Under the pieces are notes generated by a model. That model was not told the origin of the DNA. It ran no database searches and was given only the letters and a program-made list of their open reading frames with translations. A DNA stretch of 64,000 bases from Eledone cirrhosa (Eukaryota), in assembly GCA_964016885.1 (NCBI GenBank), contig OZ024742.1, forward strand, positions 181,846,001 to 181,910,000. The letters are read 5' to 3'. Positions within the stretch are counted from its first letter, which is position 1, and each line of letters opens with the position of its first letter. This document shows positions 1-17,645 of this stretch, in pieces. Position numbers and translations under genes: made by a program.

Positions 1-135
1 CCAGCTGAGTATACTGGAACAACGTGAAATGAAGTGTTTAACTCAAGAATACAACACGCAACCCAGCCCAGGAATCGAACCCACGACATTATGATCGTAA
101 GTCTAACACCCCTACCACTAGGCCACGTGCCTCTA
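1..135 (-). mobile_element. tRNA-derived SINE, 5' head (cut by window edge)
   Basis: Minus strand reads TGGCCTAGTGG (A box) and GGTTCGATTCC (B box); body resembles copies at 9511-9730, 23040-23215 and 24725-25070. Confidence 0.8.
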
Positions 136-340
136 CGTTTAAAGAAATAGTGGTCTATTTTTCTGGACACTATCTAAAAAATGCAAGTGTAGAAAACATG
201 TTTAACAAACACTGCTATCATTCACTCAGTTGCAAAACAAACAAACAAATAAAAAACAATAACAAAAAAAACAACAAACAAACAAATCAAATCAAATCAA
301 ATCAGTGCTGTCCTTACACCAGCAGCAAATTTGTACTCAC

Positions 341-400
341 AGTCATATATGATCCATGCAACAATTTCACAGTCATACGAACCATGGAGCTATCTGACAT
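341..400 (-). CDS. Candidate isolated 60-nt host exon (MSDSSMVRMTVKLLHGSYMT)
   Basis: Minus strand: gctaat branch-like motif, ttatgtgtAG acceptor, 60 nt open only in phase 0, GTGAGT donor; no protein family recognised. Confidence 0.4.
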
Positions 401-593
401 CTACACATAAATTAGCATATATATTCGTATATATCGCAATGGTAGGTTAGTGATATCACCATTTTCCATACAATATTTATAATATAGCATATTAATGTTT
501 TGTGGATCCAGTAGAAGTACATCGATAATAGGACAACAGAAGCCCTCGTACTCAGCTGTGAACAGAACCCTAGAGAATTAATAAGAATTATAT

Positions 594-800
594 ATATGTT
601 TTAATTTAGAAAAGCTTCTACAGGGCTAGAACTGTTTCATTCGTGAGAAATCACCAGGAAGTGCTTCCTGATGATTTCTCACGAATGAAACAGTTCTAGT
701 CCTGTAGAAACTTTTCTATATTAAAACATTTATACTCTGCTATGTATTGAGTACCTTATTTAATGTGGTTACCCCCGATTCAACCTTGAATAACTTATAT
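594..800 (+). mobile_element. Short PLE-type element with head-to-head inversion and hammerhead motif
   Basis: Arms about 594-660 and 664-732 are inverted copies; ends in (TA)n. Confidence 0.65.
663..711 (+). ncRNA. Type I hammerhead ribozyme motif
   Basis: gcttc-CTGATGA-tttctcacgaat-GAAA-cag...ctg-TA-gaaac; the inverted copy gives stem I' gaagc, pairing perfectly with gcttc. Confidence 0.7.
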
Positions 801-822
801 ATATATATATATATATATATAT

Positions 823-1007
823 AGGAACCAGTAAGACCCCGACGGCTGAGCTCAAGCCGTTTCGACGGCTAATTCAGAATTAACCGTCGAAACGGCTTGA
901 GCTCGGCCGTCGGGGTCTTACTGGTTCCTATTACTCACTCTACTACCCTAAGTATTGAGTACTTTGGTGCGTTATGGTCCACCTGGTTCCTTACCACATT
1001 TCCTTCG

Positions 1008-1010
<3 letters not shown>
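823..1010 (+). mobile_element. Short fold-back element in (TA)n (family also at 19282-19474, 19630-19823, partial at 45858-45910, related copy at 9239-9489)
   Basis: About 50-bp inverted arms ggaaccagtaagaccccgacgg...; retains HHR 3' half GAAAcggc...gccgTC ggggtc; flanked by (TA)n on both sides. Confidence 0.75.
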
Positions 1011-1078
<68 letters not shown>

Positions 1079-1083
<5 letters not shown>

Positions 1084-1469
1084 TTAGTCTCATTCATTCT
1101 CAGCCCCACACTCATCGACACAGTCTCAACCTCCCGCATCAAATTCACTGTATTTGTCACCAAAACTATGTCGTCGGCAAATTCAGCATCTGATACCTTT
1201 TTCGCCTTAACTCTCCTGCTCTGAGCCGGTGCTACAGTAAAGCCAGAGTTCTGGTGTTTCTCCAGTGCAAGGCGCATACAATAGTCCACTACGATGATAA
1301 AAAGGTAGGGAGCCAATGTATCTTCCTGGAACACTCCAGCCAGTATCTCAAAGAACTCTGTCATCCCATCAGGTGTAATGACTTGGGCTTTGGTGTTGGT
1401 GTAGAGCAGTGATACCAGGTCCACTATCCTCTTGGCGATTCCATAAGCCTGTAAGATCTTCATCAGGCA
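1079..1469 (-). mobile_element. RTE-like non-LTR retrotransposon, inverted reverse-transcriptase segment
   Basis: Translation ILQAYGI...GVFQEDTLAPYLFIIVVD...EFADDIVL...GLRMNETKT matches non-LTR RT motifs QGD and FADD. Confidence 0.9.
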
Positions 1470-2019
1470 GTGATTGGGAATACGGAAGATGATGTGGTTG
1501 AGAGGAAGAGCAAAGCCTGGGCGGAGTGCCACAGCTTGAGATCGATGTGGAAGTCGGACCTTAGTAAAGACCTGAATATCCGCCTCTTCATTGCTATAGT
1601 GGAGTCTGTGCTGCTGTACGGGTCTGAGACTTGGACACTGACCAAGAAATTCATTCAGATGGTGGATGGGTGCTACACGAGAATGCTGAGGATGGCTGTG
1701 AACATTAATCAGTATACACTGAGGATGAAAAACTCAGAGCTGTAAGGGAGCCTCCCAAAAGTCAGCTCAAAAGTGACACAGGGGAGACTGAGGTTAGCTG
1801 GATATGCTCACCGACATCCAGAGTTGACACTGCACTCAGTGCTCCTGTGGGAGCCCCTACATGGACACACTGGAAGAAGAAGACCAAGGTTAACGTATGT
1901 TGATGCCCTAAGGACAGACACTGGTCTGTTGGAGACGCAGGCCATGGCATCGATAATGAGGGACAGAGACCGCTGGAGAGAACTCGTCCATGGATCTCGG
2001 GAATTTTAACCGCCCTAGA

Positions 2020-2020
<1 letters not shown>
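1470..2020 (+). mobile_element. RTE-like LINE C-terminal region and 3' end (non-inverted segment)
   Basis: ESVLLYGSETWTLTK...RLRLAGYAHRH...LLWEPLHG...RPRLTYVD...RDRWR; one in-frame stop near 1743; ends in (TA)n. Confidence 0.9.
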
Positions 2021-2070
<50 letters not shown>

Positions 2071-2309
2071 GTGAAGAAATACCTATGATGGCCAGAAGAT
2101 CACTGATGACGGATAGTCCTGGCTTCTTACTCCATTTTTTAATTCATATGTATCACATCCGCAACAACGCAGCACGCCATTTTCATATATATATATATAT
2201 ATGAAAATGGCGTGCTGCGTTGTTGCGGATGTGATACATCCAGGAAGCTCCAAACGTTAAGGTTGTCTTTTTTCCGGGTATGTCAATATTTATTTATAAA
2301 ACAAATCTG

Positions 2310-2375
2310 TATTTTATCTGATGAAAGCGCACCATAATTTGCCTTGGTTGCCCTTGAAATATATATAATAAAATA
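2310..2375 (+). ncRNA. Type I hammerhead ribozyme motif (AUA cleavage triplet)
   Basis: tattttat-CTGATGA-stem II-GAAA-tatatatA-ataaaata; 8-bp stem I and self-complementary stem III. Confidence 0.7.
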
Positions 2376-2426
2376 AATATGTTTTTATAAATATAGTTTC
2401 CATTTATTAATATATTGTATCTCTCT

Positions 2427-2532
<106 letters not shown>

Positions 2533-2619
2533 AAAGTTCTATTTAAATTGTTGGGATACAACAAGCAAATATTTTTAGAACTGATATAAAGCACTCAACA
2601 AATAATTGGAGTAAAAATA

Positions 2620-2974
2620 CGATATTAACAAATGGAAACTATATTTATAAAACCATATTTATTTCATTATACATATTTCAAGGACACCAAGTTAAATTAT
2701 GGTGTGCTTACATCAGATAAAATATATAAAATATAATATAGAGCAGTTTTATAAATAAATATTGACATACCCTTAAAGAATGCAACCATTACTGTCCGGG
2801 AGCTTCCAACAGTAATGGTTGCCTTCTTTAAGGGTATGTCAATATTTATTCATAAAACTGCTCTATATTATATTTTATCTGATGAAAGCACACCATAATT
2901 TAACTTGGTGTCCTTGAAATATGTATAATGAATTAAATATGGTTTTATAAATATAGTTTCCATTTGTTTATATC

Positions 2975-2975
<1 letters not shown>
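2620..2975. mobile_element. ~355-bp fold-back of the same HHR-bearing family as 2240-2415
   Basis: Arms about 2620-2795 and 2808-2975 are near-perfect reverse complements; CTGATGA...GAAA near 2879-2919. Confidence 0.8.
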
Positions 2976-3021
<46 letters not shown>

Positions 3022-3060
3022 TATATATAAAGATATATATATATATATATAAAAATATAT

Positions 3061-3320
<260 letters not shown>

Positions 3321-3376
3321 ATCGGTTTCAACACACGATTTCAGATAAAGAATCTTGCTAAACAAATTCAGAAACG

Positions 3377-3430
<54 letters not shown>

Positions 3431-3924
3431 GTACAGGAATCCATTGGGGAGCGGGCGTAATTTGTACTTGAAAATCTTACCTTACCACGAAATTCTGTAA
3501 CACGAAAGGTATTTTTTTTAGTTTGTTTGTTTTTTTTTTACTAATTTTCATATTATAAGTTGAGATTTTTCGGGTGGTTACTGATACCGAATTGTAACAT
3601 AGCATAGATAATTTCTTCAAGTCAGTGTTTATGTCCTCGTATATTGTGGTGTTGGTTTTCTTGGATGTGTTGGTGATGACTTTAGACAGGAGTCTTTTGT
3701 GTGTGATTTATATTGTTTCGTATATGCTATTTGAATTGTCAGCGAGTATAATAGTTTGAGGTTTGTGGTATAATAGTTTAAAGAGTTTAAGATGGGGTTA
3801 AAACGTTGCCGAAACCTTAAATTTCTGTATACTATTTCCTAAGGAGGCGCTAACAAAATGTGAATTTAAGGAAGAGCTAGTACACATGTCGGTTCCCCAA
3901 CCCATCTAACGAGAATTAGAAAGA

Positions 3925-4530
3925 GAAAGATTACCTGGTTCAATCTTCCATCCAACATAGATGTATCAACAAATATAGCTCAGATATTTCTGTCACTCAT
4001 TAGATAACACTTCCATAACAATCACGAATAACATAAAATAACATAGGTTGTTAGCTGCTGTTTAGATAGTATCGATTCTGACATCTCATGATACAGTTGA
4101 AGTCCATCTGTCTGGGTGCCCATCACATGCAACAACCTGTAACCACCTAAACCGTCCACTTATCCTCTGGAAGGACGCTGGCTCACAAAGGCTGTATTCA
4201 ACTGAGCCATCATTACACCATTACACCATTACACCATTACACCATTACTTAGCATTCAGAAAAAATATATAGAAGTAACTTTCAATGAGTTCAAGGGTAG
4301 ATTTCGTCACCATGCAGACTCCTTTGGGTGCTGGAGCAGGGAAAATTCTGCATTTTTATCTCGTTAGCAATTAGTAAGGATGTGGTCCGGGGGGCCAAGA
4401 ACGCCAGAAGTCTCCACTGTTAAAGCAATATCATATACACCAGATGAACACCTCTGCTTATTCAAAATCTGAGATGCCAGAATCCTGCATTGAACAAATA
4501 GCGACATCAGATACCAAAAACACTGTAGGA
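3925..4530 (+). pseudogene. Degraded Penelope-like element, linker and GIY-YIG region
   Basis: Frameshifted ITWFNLPSNIDVSTNIAQIFLSLIR*HF, then YPLEGRWL and KYIEVTFNEFKGRFRHH, collinear with the element at 40.8-41.7 kb. Confidence 0.75.
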
Positions 4531-4614
4531 ACAGACGATGCAGGTTCACAAGCTCGTTTCACAGACAATGGTCGTATTTATTTACTAAGGCTATGTAAAA
4601 ATAAGTCAAATTAT

Positions 4615-7110
<2,496 letters not shown>

Positions 7111-7446
7111 AAGCAATCAAACAGATATACTTCGAAGTCACTGACACTTTCCTTTTACGCTAATTACTAAGGTATTTTTCACCCTCATTCTAACACATGC
7201 ACGCACGTACACACACACACACACACACACACACGCGTGTGTGGTGGGAGTGCATGCGTGCGCGTGTGTGTGTGCTTGTGACAATGTGGGCGCGCGCGAG
7301 CGTGTGTGTGTGTGTTTGTGTGTGTATGTTTGTGTGCAATAGTTGTGGAAAAAAATCGATATCAAAGCAACTATCACCATGCACTGTTTCTGTCTGTCGC
7401 TATAAAAATATTAACTCAGTTCCGCTATAGTCGTCCGACTGAGAAG

Positions 7447-7447
7447 C

Positions 7448-7482
<35 letters not shown>

Positions 7483-7491
7483 GTAGTAGTT

Positions 7492-7545
<54 letters not shown>
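7447..7545. repeat. (TAG)n microsatellite
   Basis: Direct inspection. Confidence 0.95.
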
Positions 7546-7679
7546 AGCGTATTGGGAGTATATTGCTGCTACATAACTTCCTATAGCCATTGTTTAAGTG
7601 AAACAGCATTTCTCTCCCTTTAGCTACAAACATTTATAGATAAAGATCGCTGTGTGGAGATATTATTAACTATTAATGT

Positions 7680-8705
7680 ATTCTACTATACTGTACTGTA
7701 CTATACCATACTGTACTACACTGTATGTTACTGTATTATACCGTATTGTACTGTATTATACCGTATTGTACTGTATTGTACGGTATTGTACTGTATTATG
7801 ATGCATTATACACAATCATTTTCATTATTATTATACTATACTGTATTGCACTGTATCAAAATGCTTTATACTTTACTGTTTGTGCTGTATTATAATACAT
7901 TGTACTGTACTGTAGTATACGGTATTGTAGTGTACTGTTTTATACTGTACTGATTATACCGTATTGTGCTGTATTGTACTGTACTATAATGCATTATACT
8001 GTACTGTAATGTGCTGTGCTCTACTATAATGTATTGTACTGTATTGACCTGTAATGTACTTTACTACATTATAGTGTACTATACTATATTTTACTGATTA
8101 TACTGTATTGTGCTGTATTGTACTGAGCTATAATGAATTATACTGTATTGTGTGTAATCTGCTCTGTTATAATGCATTGTCCTGTACTGTATTATACTGT
8201 ACTGTGTTGTACTGCACTGTATTGTATTGTATTACACTGTACTGTACTGTATTGTATTATACTGTACTGCATTGTACTGTACTATATTGTATTACACTGT
8301 ACTGTACTGCACTGTATTGTATTGTATTACACTGTGCTGTACTGTATTGTATTATACTGTACTGTATTGTACTGTACTGCATTGTATTATACTGTACTGT
8401 AATGTACTGTACTGCATTGTACTGTACTATATTGTATTATACTGTACTGTAATGTACTGTACTGGATTGTACTGTACTATATTGTATTACACTGTCCTGC
8501 ACTGTACTGTATTATACTGTACTGTGTTGTACTGCACTGTATTGTATTGTATTACACTGTACTGTACTGTATTGTATTATACTGTACTATATTGTACTGT
8601 ACTGTATTGTATTATACTGTACTGTAATGTACTGTACTGCATTGTACTGTACTATATTGTATTACACTGTACTGTATTGTACTGTACTGGATTGTACTGT
8701 ATTGT
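7680..8705. repeat. Degenerate pentanucleotide satellite (TACTG/TATTG)n
   Basis: 5-nt periodicity throughout. Confidence 0.9.
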
Positions 8706-8900
8706 TACTTCACCTTGCTTCAGTACATCAGCTGGGAAAAAGGAGTTGTACATTTAATTCAAAAGGATGACTTTGTTACACACTGTGTCACGCCGAATCT
8801 CCCTGAGAATGTTATTAACTGTACACAAATCTGTTAATTTCACGAGCAGGCTGTTTTGTTGCTGGAAAACCTGGAACAGTCGTCGTTGGAATCGACGTAG
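8706..8900 (+). mobile_element. SINE 3' portion
   Basis: ctgtgtcacgccgaatctccctgagaa...tttcacgagcaggctgtt shared with 24890-25060 and (minus) 51710-51790. Confidence 0.7.
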
Positions 8901-8990
8901 GTCCAAAAATACCATTGTAATGTGTACTCTATAGATGTGTTGAGAGATGTGTGTGTGTGCGTATGCGTATGAATTCATTGTGTGTGTAAT

Positions 8991-9034
<44 letters not shown>

Positions 9035-9044
9035 TACACACACA

Positions 9045-9084
<40 letters not shown>

Positions 9085-9191
9085 GGGGAGATAGAGAGAT
9101 AGGGAGAGTGTGTGTGAAATGTATGTGTATGTGTGTTTGTGTGGAATGTTGGTGCATATATAGATGCAAGCATACATGGTCGTATGTGCTA

Positions 9192-9238
<47 letters not shown>

Positions 9239-9240
<2 letters not shown>

Positions 9241-9489
9241 TTCAGTTTGCAACTGGTTACACCTTTACTCAACAGTGTACTCGATACTCATGGTAGTAAA
9301 ATATGGTTATGTTATAAAGACACAGGACCTGACGGCTGAGCTCTTGCCGTTTCAACAGCTAGTTCCAGACTCAAGAAACGGCAAGAGCTCAGCCACCGGT
9401 GCCCAACTCTTTATAATATAACCATACTCTACTACCCTGAGTATCGAGTACTCTGTTGATTGAGGGTCTAACCAGTTGCAAACTGAATC
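9239..9489. mobile_element. 250-bp fold-back element in (TA)n, related to the 823-1010 family
   Basis: gattcagtttgcaactggtta ... taaccagttgcaaactgaatc; inner arms ggctgagctcttgccgtttc / gaaacggcaagagctcagcc. Confidence 0.8.
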
Positions 9490-9510
9490 AATATATATAT
9501 ATATATATAT

Positions 9511-9729
9511 TTTTAATCGATCGACATTCGTCAAATCGGACCGAGGAAAGAATGTTTCCATTGGTCTTTCCAGTTGCTAGTACTATCTATCAGTCGCAAC
9601 TCCAAGTAGAAGGAACAACGTGAAATAAAGTGTCTTGCTCAAGGACATAGCGCATCACTCGGTCCAGGAATTGAACTCACAACCTCAAGATTGTGAATCC
9701 AATTCTCTAACCACTCAACCACACGCCTT

Positions 9730-9730
<1 letters not shown>
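9511..9730 (-). mobile_element. tRNA-derived SINE
   Basis: Degenerate A/B boxes on minus strand; near-identical organisation to 23040-23215. Confidence 0.75.
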
Positions 9731-9769
<39 letters not shown>

Positions 9770-9774
9770 GATAT

Positions 9775-9806
<32 letters not shown>

Positions 9807-10391
9807 TCACACACACACATACACATATATATATTTATTTCAAATCCCGCCGAGCTCAACTTTGCCTTTCATCATTTCGAGGTCGATAAAACACTACCAT
9901 ACTCATAGTGGGTCGTTCCTTCCTCCGTATCTATTTTCTTACATCTTCTCTCTATCTCTCTCGGTCTCTGGAAGAAAGAGGCTGTTCAAATCAGGAAAGG
10001 ATATGGGCTCCACCAAGTTTAAAATAAATACCCAAGAAACGCTGTATGATACTACAGCGCCTCTACGACTTCACTAGGAATTATGGGTTCATATATATAT
10101 AACTTACTGGCGAAACAGATCTCTTTGGATTTGTACGTGTGTTATATAGTTATAAGAGGTATTTATTTACGCTTTAATTTATATTTTTAATTATCGTGTC
10201 TATAGTCTGCCTTTCATAGGTTATAGATTCCATACACTGGTGGTTTTTCCCTGTTTTATTGATAGCGCACTCTATCTCTTTCTAGTGTGTTACCTTTTCA
10301 ACATATTGTATTTTAAAGAGCTCAAGATTTCCTCTCCTTTGAGCACATTATTTACAGGGAATGGCGAGAGTCTATGGCTCCGTTAATTTAT

Positions 10392-10476
<85 letters not shown>

Positions 10477-10482
<6 letters not shown>

Positions 10483-10695
10483 TAACAGATTCAAGTTTAA
10501 GCAAAGAATCGCTGCTTTCACCCTTAACGGGATCTTCTGAAACTGTTTCATAAGATCCTATTAAGGGTGAAAGCAGCGATTCCTTGCTTAAACTTTAATC
10601 TGTTATTTTAATAAATATTTGCTCTAGGGTTTTTATATATTCGATATATATTTATCCTTATCGAGCCCTCTTTGAATTTTAGTCTTCACATTTAT
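10477..10695 (+). mobile_element. Fold-back short element in (TA)n (fragments also at 13860-13985, 37235-37285, 54800-54872, 55150-55195)
   Basis: Arms 10477-10538 and 10552-10610; shared motif gaaagcagcgattctttgcttaaactttaatctgttatttta. Confidence 0.75.
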
Positions 10696-10737
10696 TATAT
10701 ATATATCTCGAAATTATCGTATATTGATCTACATCCC

Positions 10738-10769
<32 letters not shown>

Positions 10770-11029
10770 ATGTGTGTGTGTGTGTGTGTATGTGTGTGTG
10801 TATACATACATGTATAATTTTCCGAAGGGGACGAAATCACAGTCCCGAGGGTTTGAAACAGGCGAAACAGTTCTGTAGAATAGAAGTCATTCATATATGA
10901 AATACACATAAAACAAATCACACCACCTGTTGCATTTCATTTCAATTTATTTCAAATTTCCGGTTGGTTGGTTTAATAATAGGATGGTTGTTTATTAATG
11001 TCAAAGCTCTTTCGTCTCAAATTGCCCCC

Positions 11030-12245
11030 TTACCTATCACCTCTCGGCCCTACTAATCCAGTGGACGACTTGCCATCGTTTGCAACGCCTCCATTGGGAC
11101 CCCCTCTACTTCACCTATTTCCCCTAGCACCTCTACCATTCTTCGAATGTGCACGCAACATCAGAAATCTCGTCCTCAGTTCCCATCCTCTCTCAATTCC
11201 TTTCCCGGATTCAAATCTTGCTCCCGACCCCGCTGCCACACATGCAGATTCATCACCAGCACCCCCACTGATCCCTACAGCCAGTACTTCCTACTTATGG
11301 CCTCCTTCTGCTGCACCTCCACCAGCGTTGTCTGCAGCTCCATTTCATGCTATGTGAGGCCGTCTAAATTGGACAAACCTTTCGTCGATAGTAGACAGGT
11401 TCACCAAGTCCCTTCAGGACATCCGCCTTGGCAAATAATCTATCACCGGTCACCGGACATTTCCGCTCCATCGGACACTTTACCCACCGCTTCACATTTT
11501 TCATCCTCGTTGCTTGTCCCGAATTCCCGGAGTCACGTCTCTTGGGTGAGCAGAGCATCAGTTTTTCTCTTCAAACTTTTACTTGAAACGACCAAAATGC
11601 ACCACCTCTCTTCCTTTGGTCAGTTTTTTCCCAGCAATCACCTCCCGTCCAATCTTATACCAACAAACATTCACTACCTCCAGTACCATATGACTAATTT
11701 CACTAACACACCCATTCACACACGCACCTAGATACAATATCACACATAGATACCCAAACAGACATAAACACAACTAATTAAATAGTTGTATCAACTCAAA
11801 CATAGACACATAAATAGAATTAAGTATACTCACATTGTTAATTAATTAATTATACTGAAACAACCGACTAACTATACTAACACACCCAATTAACTAAATC
11901 AACATTAGTAAACAACTAACACAACACTAACACCCCTATAATTACACAACTAACTAATGTATGTAAAGCAACTTTACTAATTATGTAAACCAACAAAATT
12001 CTATAAGCCTGCCCTCCTCATCCATCTTAAAAGGGTTTTTCTTCTCTCCAATCTTCCAGCGTCCATTTTTTCAATCTCTTTTCTCTCCGAACTTTGCTCT
12101 TTCCTTATGAAAGACTTATGTCCAATACGTTGAGACATCGTTTGATTTCTTTATTCTTTATCTCCATTCCCAAGCGTGAACCTAATAAAACTTCCTGCTT
12201 TTGCATCTCTATATTTGTCTTCTTTATTCATGAAATCTACACACC

Positions 12246-12247
<2 letters not shown>
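11030..12247 (+). mobile_element. Degraded Penelope-like element 3' part (GIY-YIG remnant, 3' UTR, terminal repeat), Neptune-like
   Basis: FPLAPLPFFECARNIRNLVL, CSRPRCHTCRFI, CTSTSVV, IGQT; decayed HHR core cttatgaaagacttatgtccaatacgt near 12104-12130. Confidence 0.7.
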
Positions 12248-12276
<29 letters not shown>

Positions 12277-12452
12277 CTATATATAGAGTTATAAACTCAA
12301 ACAGTCTTTTACAATTAAATAGCTCAAAGAAAGAGATATTTCTGAGCCGTGAAATACAAATTAATATAAATTAATATATGATAAACACTAATACAATTAT
12401 ATAAGTGTTTGTATTGCAAATGACCAAGTTAGCTAGATTGAAAAATACTAAT

Positions 12453-12545
<93 letters not shown>

Positions 12546-12611
12546 TGTTATACTTTGGGAGGGTCATGTTGCCAATAAGAAACGAAATATATATATATAT
12601 ATATGCGTAGG

Positions 12612-12885
12612 CATGGTCCCGTAACTCCCGGGTCAGTCGTATTGACATACGGCGTTTTAAACCTGGGGGTGCCCACCCTTTTCCAGAAAGATAGAGTGAA
12701 TGAGAAAATTGATATGAGAAAGAGATATAGAGGAAGAACCGACCACAATACTTAACTGGTACCTTTTTATCGACCTCGAAAAGGTGAAAGGCAAAGTTGA
12801 TCTCGACGGGATTTGAACTGACAGAGCAGAGAGCGAAAATGAATAACAAAATGCATTCTATCCGACGTTCTAACTACTCTGCGAA
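12612..12885 (-). mobile_element. SINE family (copies also at 14947-15250, 50715-51020 and, on plus, 9838-10090)
   Basis: Shared core tttatcgacc...gaaaggcaaagttgatctcg...ggatttgaact (reverse B box). Confidence 0.75.
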
Positions 12886-13184
12886 TACGTAACGATGATT
12901 CAAAAAGGCAAGCGAGCAAACAGTTAAAGTGCATGAGTTTAAATATAAACAAAATATTGTGAAGAAAGTAAAAAGAGAAGGCATATATGCTCGGGAAAAT
13001 ATACGTACAAAAATAGGATCAATCTCTGAATATTGGAAGTTTGGCAATACATATGCCGAATAAAAAGGGAAGGGATCTGATGTTTGGGGTTAAACCTTTT
13101 ATCAAAGTAGAGTAATGAAATAAAAAATATAAGAAATAGGGAAAATTGCAAGAACGTCACCTAGATGAGAAGAAGTTGTAGTTT

Positions 13185-13214
<30 letters not shown>

Positions 13215-13216
<2 letters not shown>

Positions 13217-13751
13217 AACGGAAAAAATGAAACGAAATTTCATTTCTCACTCTTAGTACGGCTGTTACTTAAATATAAGTATGTACATACATATATGTAT
13301 ACAGACGTACAGTAGTATGTATATATATATATGTACATACATGCACACATATATATATATGTACGTATGGATTCACCGAACATTTATTATAATGCTCGGT
13401 GTGTTTGTAAACAAACATCCCGAATTAAACCGTACAGTGTCTAGCAACCATCGTTGCTCATTTGTTCAACACTGACAAAGGAACGCTGTACTAGTTTCAA
13501 GCTTATTAGCTATCGTCAGCAACGTATACCTTCCTGCCAGATGGTTGAACGTCTGAAAGTATATACTTTCCTTATGCATATTAACGGCTGAGCAGCCTAA
13601 TTTGCATATCGAGTGAATTAATCGGCCGGGGTACTGAAAACGATAAACGGAAAAACGATAGCTAATAAGCTTGAAACTAGTACAGCATGTATGTATATAT
13701 ATATACATACTACTGTACGTCTGTATACATATATGTATGTACGTATACATA

Positions 13752-13755
<4 letters not shown>
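13215..13755 (-). mobile_element. 429-bp HHR-containing monomer with terminal redundancy plus inverted partial copy (retrozyme-like)
   Basis: taaacggaaaaa at 13215 and 13644; orientation flips near 13655; flanked by (TA)n; second copy at 18958-19145 on plus. Confidence 0.7.
13484..13524 (-). ncRNA. Minimal type I hammerhead ribozyme
   Basis: cgttg-CTGACGA-tagctaataagctt-GAAA-ctagTA-cagcg; palindromic stem III ACTAGT, GUA site. Confidence 0.85.
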
Positions 13756-13849
<94 letters not shown>

Positions 13850-13992
13850 GTAATAATAATACATTTGAAGTCTAAAATCCAAAGAGGGCTTGATAAGGAT
13901 AAATATATATCAAATATAAGAACCGTAGAGCAATTATTTATTAAAAGCAGCGATTCTTTGCTTAAACTTTAATCTGTTATTTTAATAAATAA

Positions 13993-14055
<63 letters not shown>

Positions 14056-15686
14056 TATATATATTTCTATAAAAGAACATTATCCGCTTACTATAACCAA
14101 TATTGATTCTTTTCTTTCCCTTCACAAGTAGTGTGCTCGAAGAGCGGTGCATACGAATTAATCTCGATTTCCGCTTAAAGCTAGTTCGCATCTCAGATAT
14201 AAATGACATATTGCTTTTTTTCGCCTTTCTGCGAAAAGTATTATCTTATAGATAATTGAAAATATAACCAGAACTTGGTCTGTTGTGAATAGTTGTTACT
14301 AGAGCCATAATATTCGTAAAGCTTGCTAGCTTGACGACTATGTGCCTTACCAGGACTAGGGGCTCGTAATTCTTTTGTTATTTTTGCTGCTGTGTAATGA
14401 AAGATTAAGCACCAGAGGGGCTCCGGGATACACGAAAGCATTAGGTCTTAGTCAAGGGTTAATACATCTCTGAATGAAAACTCCGGCATGCTATGTCTCT
14501 TATTTATTCTGTCATGAAAATGAAATACACCCGTTGCTTCACTACAGGAAGATTGTATTACTATATTTCTAATGAAAGAAACTGTTTATGATTTTCAAAT
14601 ACTTTCTACAATTATCTAGAATGTTGAAAGATTTACTAATATAACTAACATTGAGAGTTAAACTGAGATGTGTGTTCTTGAGTGTTGTGTTGTATATATA
14701 AATCTATGAGGCCCACAGGGAGAATTGAAATTGGGTGTGAGAATCTATGAGGAGGTCTACCGTGAGAGTTGAAATCATGTGTAGTCTTGAGTGTGATGTA
14801 GAGTCTTAGAATCTATGAGTTCCACAAGGAGAAATGAACTCATCTCTGCTAACCAACAAAATAAATGGGGCCAACGAAAGAGCGTTCACCTCTTCTCTCA
14901 ATATGTTAGAAATAGCAGTCCAATATCTCAAAAATGATGCATGTATGGTCCCGTAACTCCTAAGGTTGTACTAAGGGAATCGCATTGACATGCGGTATTT
15001 TAAGGTCATTTTTAAACATGGAGGCGCCCATCTCTCCCCAGTTCTGAATATAGCGAATTTGTTGCAGAGAAGGACAGAGAGTGAGATAATGGAAGTGAGA
15101 TAGACATATAGAGGAAGAATCGACCCCAATACCAGATTGGTAATTGTTTATAGACCTCGAATGGACGAAAGGCGGGGTTTCAACTGAGAGAGCAGAGCCG
15201 AAACGAATAAGGCAACGCATTCCATTCGACGTTCTAGCTAATTTACCGCCGTTCTAAAATGATAAAATGAAAGGACAAGTTGGATAAGCTAGAATTAGGT
15301 ACTTCTCATAAAAAGAGGTGGCCATGCCTGAAATAGTTATGATCATAGATATGCTCAATGAAGGCATAATTGGGCTAAACAAATCGTTAATTAAAACTAA
15401 TTTAGCAATGTTCATATATATTCCCATTTTACAGTTATCCCCGTTTTCATGTCACCAGTAATGTCCCTGAGGCCGAGTAGTTCATTAAATAAACACCTTC
15501 CTGCACTGGAGAGGTATAACAGCATCCATAACCTTCCTCTATAAATGTTGAAAGATTTCGTGTGCAAGCAAATTCGAGATAATCTATTATTAGCAGAATC
15601 GTAAGACCGAAGACAGAGTACGGGGACTGACACAGGAAATGAACGGGGAATCGAAACTAAATTCTTTGCCCGATATCCCAGAAAAT

Positions 15687-17645
<1,959 letters not shown>

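Noticed and set aside
15538-15606. TATA box plus short first exon with GTAAGA donor for the 24281 exon
   Set aside because: Such motifs are common by chance in AT-rich DNA, and no signal-peptide exon was found to connect them.
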